Source: Aquabacterium sp.
GTDB taxonomy: Bacteria; Pseudomonadota; Gammaproteobacteria; Burkholderiales; Burkholderiaceae_C
NCBI RefSeq assembly: GCF_030652515.1
Contig: NZ_JAUSAR010000034.1
Location: 1,887 to 65,886 of the forward strand
Length of the DNA stretch: 64,000 nucleotides
Reading direction: 5' to 3'
Position 1 is the stretch's first letter. Each line of letters opens with the position of its first letter. Position numbers and translations under genes: made by a program. Under the pieces are notes generated by a model. It was not told the DNA's origin. It saw only the letters and a program-made list of their open reading frames with translations, and did not search any database. Of the stretch, positions 61,460-64,000 are shown in pieces.

Positions 61460-62086
61460 ATGCCCTTGACCCCCACCGACCTCACCCTCATCGCAACCAC
61501 CACCCTCGACCACTACAACCAGCAGGCCGAGCAGTTCTGGCATGGCACGCGCGACCACGATGTCCGTCAGAACATCACCGCCCTCCTCACCCACATCCGG
61601 GCGCCCGCCCCTTTCACCCTGCTGGACTTCGGCTGCGGCCCCGGCCGTGATCTGAAGGCCTTCGCGCAAATGGGCCACCACGCCATCGGCCTGGACGGCG
61701 CCGAGCGCTTCGCCGAGATGGCGCGCACCCACACAGGTTGCGAGGTCTGGCACCAAAGCTTCCTGGCGCTCGACCTGCCGCCCGCGCACTTCGACGGCAT
61801 CTTCGCCAACGCCTCGCTCTTCCACGTGCCCGGCCAGGAGCTGCCCCGCGTGCTGAAAGAACTGCACACCACGCTCAAACCCGGCGGCGTGCTGTTCAGC
61901 TCCAACCCGCGCGGCCAGGGCCAAGAGGGCTGGAGCGGTGGCCGCTATGGCAGCTACCACGACCTCCCCGCCTGGCGCGATCACCTCACGGCGGCCGGCT
62001 TCACCGAGCTGACGCACTACTACCGCCCCGAGGGCCTGCCGCGCGAGCAACAACCCTGGCTGGCCAGCGTGTGGCGCAGGCCCTGA
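61460..62086 (+). CDS. Class I SAM-dependent methyltransferase
   Basis: LDFGCGPGRD, FDGIFANASLFH, LKPGG. Confidence 0.92.
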   Translation: MPLTPTDLTLIATTTLDHYNQQAEQFWHGTRDHDVRQNITALLTHIRAPAPFTLLDFGCGPGRDLKAFAQMGHHAIGLDGAERFAEMARTHTGCEVWHQSFLALDLPPAHFDGIFANASLFHVPGQELPRVLKELHTTLKPGGVLFSSNPRGQGQEGWSGGRYGSYHDLPAWRDHLTAAGFTELTHYYRPEGLPREQQPWLASVWRRP

Positions 62087-62099
62087 TTGATCGCCGCGT

Positions 62100-62450
62100 T
62101 CACATCGCCCGCCCATCAAAGTGCTTGACCGGGATGGCCTCCAGATCAATGCCCTCGATGCAGCGCAGGTTGATGGCCGCCGTGGCTTCGCCTGAAGGCG
62201 CGGTGCCCTCGCCATAAGGGTGGATGCCGCAGTTGGCGCAGAAGCGGTGCTTGATCACGTGCTTGTTGAACAGGTAGGTGCTGGCGTTTTCATCAGGCGT
62301 GAGCAGTCGCAGCGACGCGCGCGGTATGAACCAAAGCAATGATCCCTTGCGCTGGCAGATGGAGCAGTTGCACGACAAAGCCGAGGTGATCTCGCCCTCG
62401 GCTTCGAACTTCACGCGGCCGCAATGGCAGCTTCCTTGGTGGGTCGTCAT
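62100..62450 (-). CDS. GFA/CENP-V family zinc-binding protein
   Basis: GSCHCG, CNCSIC, FCANCG. Confidence 0.92.
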   Translation of the reverse strand: MTTHQGSCHCGRVKFEAEGEITSALSCNCSICQRKGSLLWFIPRASLRLLTPDENASTYLFNKHVIKHRFCANCGIHPYGEGTAPSGEATAAINLRCIEGIDLEAIPVKHFDGRAM

Positions 62451-62536
62451 CCTGGTTCTCCAGTGTTGAAAGCGGACAAGCACTCAGGCATTACCCTTGA
62501 GCCTTCGCTGTTCGTTTGTTTGTTGACCCAACCATC

Positions 62537-63547
62537 ATGATGCAACGCCCACCCTCTACGCAACGCGGCGCTGTTGACGGCTTCCTCGTCGGCATGATCG
62601 CCGCCGTGTTGCTGGCCTCCCTGCTGCCCCAATTGGGCAAAACCGGCGGCACCCTGCACCTGGACCAGGTGGGCAATGTCGGCATCTTCATCGTGTTCTT
62701 CCTGCACGGCATGGGCTTGTCGACCGACAGCCTCAAGCAAGGCGCCTCGCGCTGGCGGCTGCACCTGGTGGTGCAGGTGTGCACCTTCGTGGCATTTCCG
62801 CTGTGGTGGTGGTTGCTGAGCCTGGGCCTGGGCCCGTACATCCCGCACGATCTGCTGCTGGGGTTTTTCTACCTGGCGGTGTTGCCGTCCACAGTCTCAT
62901 CCTCGGTCACGATGACGGGGCTGGCGCGGGGCAATGTGGCCGCGGCCATCTTGAACGCCACGCTGTCGACCTTGCTGGGCGTGTTCCTCACCCCCTTGCT
63001 GGCCAGCCTGGTGTTTGGCAGCCATGGTGGCGCTGGCCAGGGAATGGACCTGGGTGACACCATGTTGAAGGTGGCGCGCATGTTGTTGCTGCCCTTCGTG
63101 CTGGGCCAATTGCTGCGGCCCTGGCTGGGCAATTTCTTCAAAAGCATCAAGCCCAAGACCACGCTGGTGGACAAGGGCGTGATCCTGCTGCTGGTGTGGT
63201 GCTCGTTCAGCGATTCGGTGGCCGATGGCCTATGGAGCAAGCATGGCCTGAGCCTGATCGCCATCACGCTGGTGGGCGCGGCGCTGTTCCTCTTCCCCAT
63301 GCTGTGGTTCACCAAGCGCGTGGCCAAGGCCATGGGCTTCCCGGTCGAGGATGAGATCGTGGCAGTGTTCTGCGGATCGAAGAAGACGCTGGCCTCAGGC
63401 ATACCCATGGCGCGCTTGCTGTTCGGTGGCGACCCTGCGTTGGGCGTGCTGGTGCTGCCCATCATGTTCTATCACCAGCTTCAACTGTTTGTGTGTTCGC
63501 TGATGGCGCGCCAATACGCAGCGCGCACCGCGGCCCAGCGAGAGTAG
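62537..63547 (+). CDS. Bile acid:sodium symporter family (SBF-like) transporter
   Basis: FFLHG, LPSTVSS, FCGSKKTLASGIPM, YHQLQL. Confidence 0.9.
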   Translation: MMQRPPSTQRGAVDGFLVGMIAAVLLASLLPQLGKTGGTLHLDQVGNVGIFIVFFLHGMGLSTDSLKQGASRWRLHLVVQVCTFVAFPLWWWLLSLGLGPYIPHDLLLGFFYLAVLPSTVSSSVTMTGLARGNVAAAILNATLSTLLGVFLTPLLASLVFGSHGGAGQGMDLGDTMLKVARMLLLPFVLGQLLRPWLGNFFKSIKPKTTLVDKGVILLLVWCSFSDSVADGLWSKHGLSLIAITLVGAALFLFPMLWFTKRVAKAMGFPVEDEIVAVFCGSKKTLASGIPMARLLFGGDPALGVLVLPIMFYHQLQLFVCSLMARQYAARTAAQRE

Positions 63548-63591
63548 CCCACGAGGCCCAGGCCCCTGCTCATCTCTGTGGGATCTACGTA

Positions 63592-63607
63592 CGGCGCAAG
63601 CAGTGCA
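63592..63607 (+). promoter_or_regulatory. Candidate sigma54 promoter for dctA
   Basis: CGGCGCAAGCAGTGCA (GG-N10-GC); dctA is sigma54/DctD-controlled in many proteobacteria. Confidence 0.55.
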
Positions 63608-63655
63608 AATCGGCATACTGCCTCGTGATCCCGCGGTGTCCACCAGGAGATGAGC

Positions 63656-64000
63656 ATGCCCAAACCACCCCTCTACAAGTCGCTTTATTTCCAGGTCATC
63701 ACCGCCATCGTCATTGGCGTGTTGCTGGGTCATTTTTATCCATCCACCGGCGAGGCCATGAAGCCACTGGGCGATGGATTCATCAAGCTCATCAAGATGA
63801 TCATCGCCCCGATCATCTTCTGCACTGTGGTGGTTGGCATCGCAGGCATGGAGGACATGAAGAAGGTCGGCAAGACCGGCGGCCTGGCCTTGCTGTACTT
63901 CGAAGTGGTCAGCACCATCGCACTGGTCATTGGCCTGGTGATCGTCAACCTGGTGCAGCCAGGCGTGGGCATGAACATCGATCCCAAGTCACTGGACACG
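63656..64000 (+). CDS. dctA: C4-dicarboxylate transporter (5' part; runs off the window)
   Basis: AGGAG RBS; [10 protein letters not shown]...[31 protein letters not shown]. Confidence 0.93.
   Translation, partial: MPKPPLYKSLYFQVITAIVIGVLLGHFYPSTGEAMKPLGDGFIKLIKMIIAPIIFCTVVVGIAGMEDMKKVGKTGGLALLYFEVVSTIALVIGLVIVNLVQPGVGMNIDPKSLDT

Noticed and set aside
59369-62086. Restriction-modification pairing of the PD-(D/E)XK nuclease with the methyltransferase at 61460-62086
   Set aside because: The methyltransferase is host-like in GC, divergently oriented, and lacks DNA-MTase catalytic motifs (DPPY/NPPY or PC); it looks like a small-molecule enzyme.

Overview
GC-rich betaproteobacterial chromosome segment (Burkholderiales-like by gene content and order; genus not determinable here). 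Bases 1-54 kb are mostly core genes: a duplicated tRNA-Gly/tRNA-Cys pair enclosing tRNA-Leu and a class A beta-lactamase, tig-clpP-clpX-lon, an RND pump, pbpG, leuA with an unannotated Leu-rich attenuator peptide, pssA, a MoxR-DUF58-transglutaminase-mltB cluster, an H-NS-like gene, an M16 peptidase, an ABC exporter, glnA-ntrBC with sigma54/NtrC sites, a beta-propeller/deacetylase/desaturase operon, ubiE and a DUF748 gene. From about 54.0 to 61.45 kb lies an accessory patch: a hipBA-type module with three palindromic operators, small orphan genes, and three AT-rich co-oriented genes (TIR-domain protein, small PD-(D/E)XK nuclease, RNase H/DUF3800-like protein). Each of those three is followed by a related attC-like element, with no integrase in the window, and a degenerate 21-bp tandem array lies upstream. 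This integron-cassette-like, putative anti-phage array is the best candidate for an undescribed system. All family assignments are from motif recognition by eye, not database searches.
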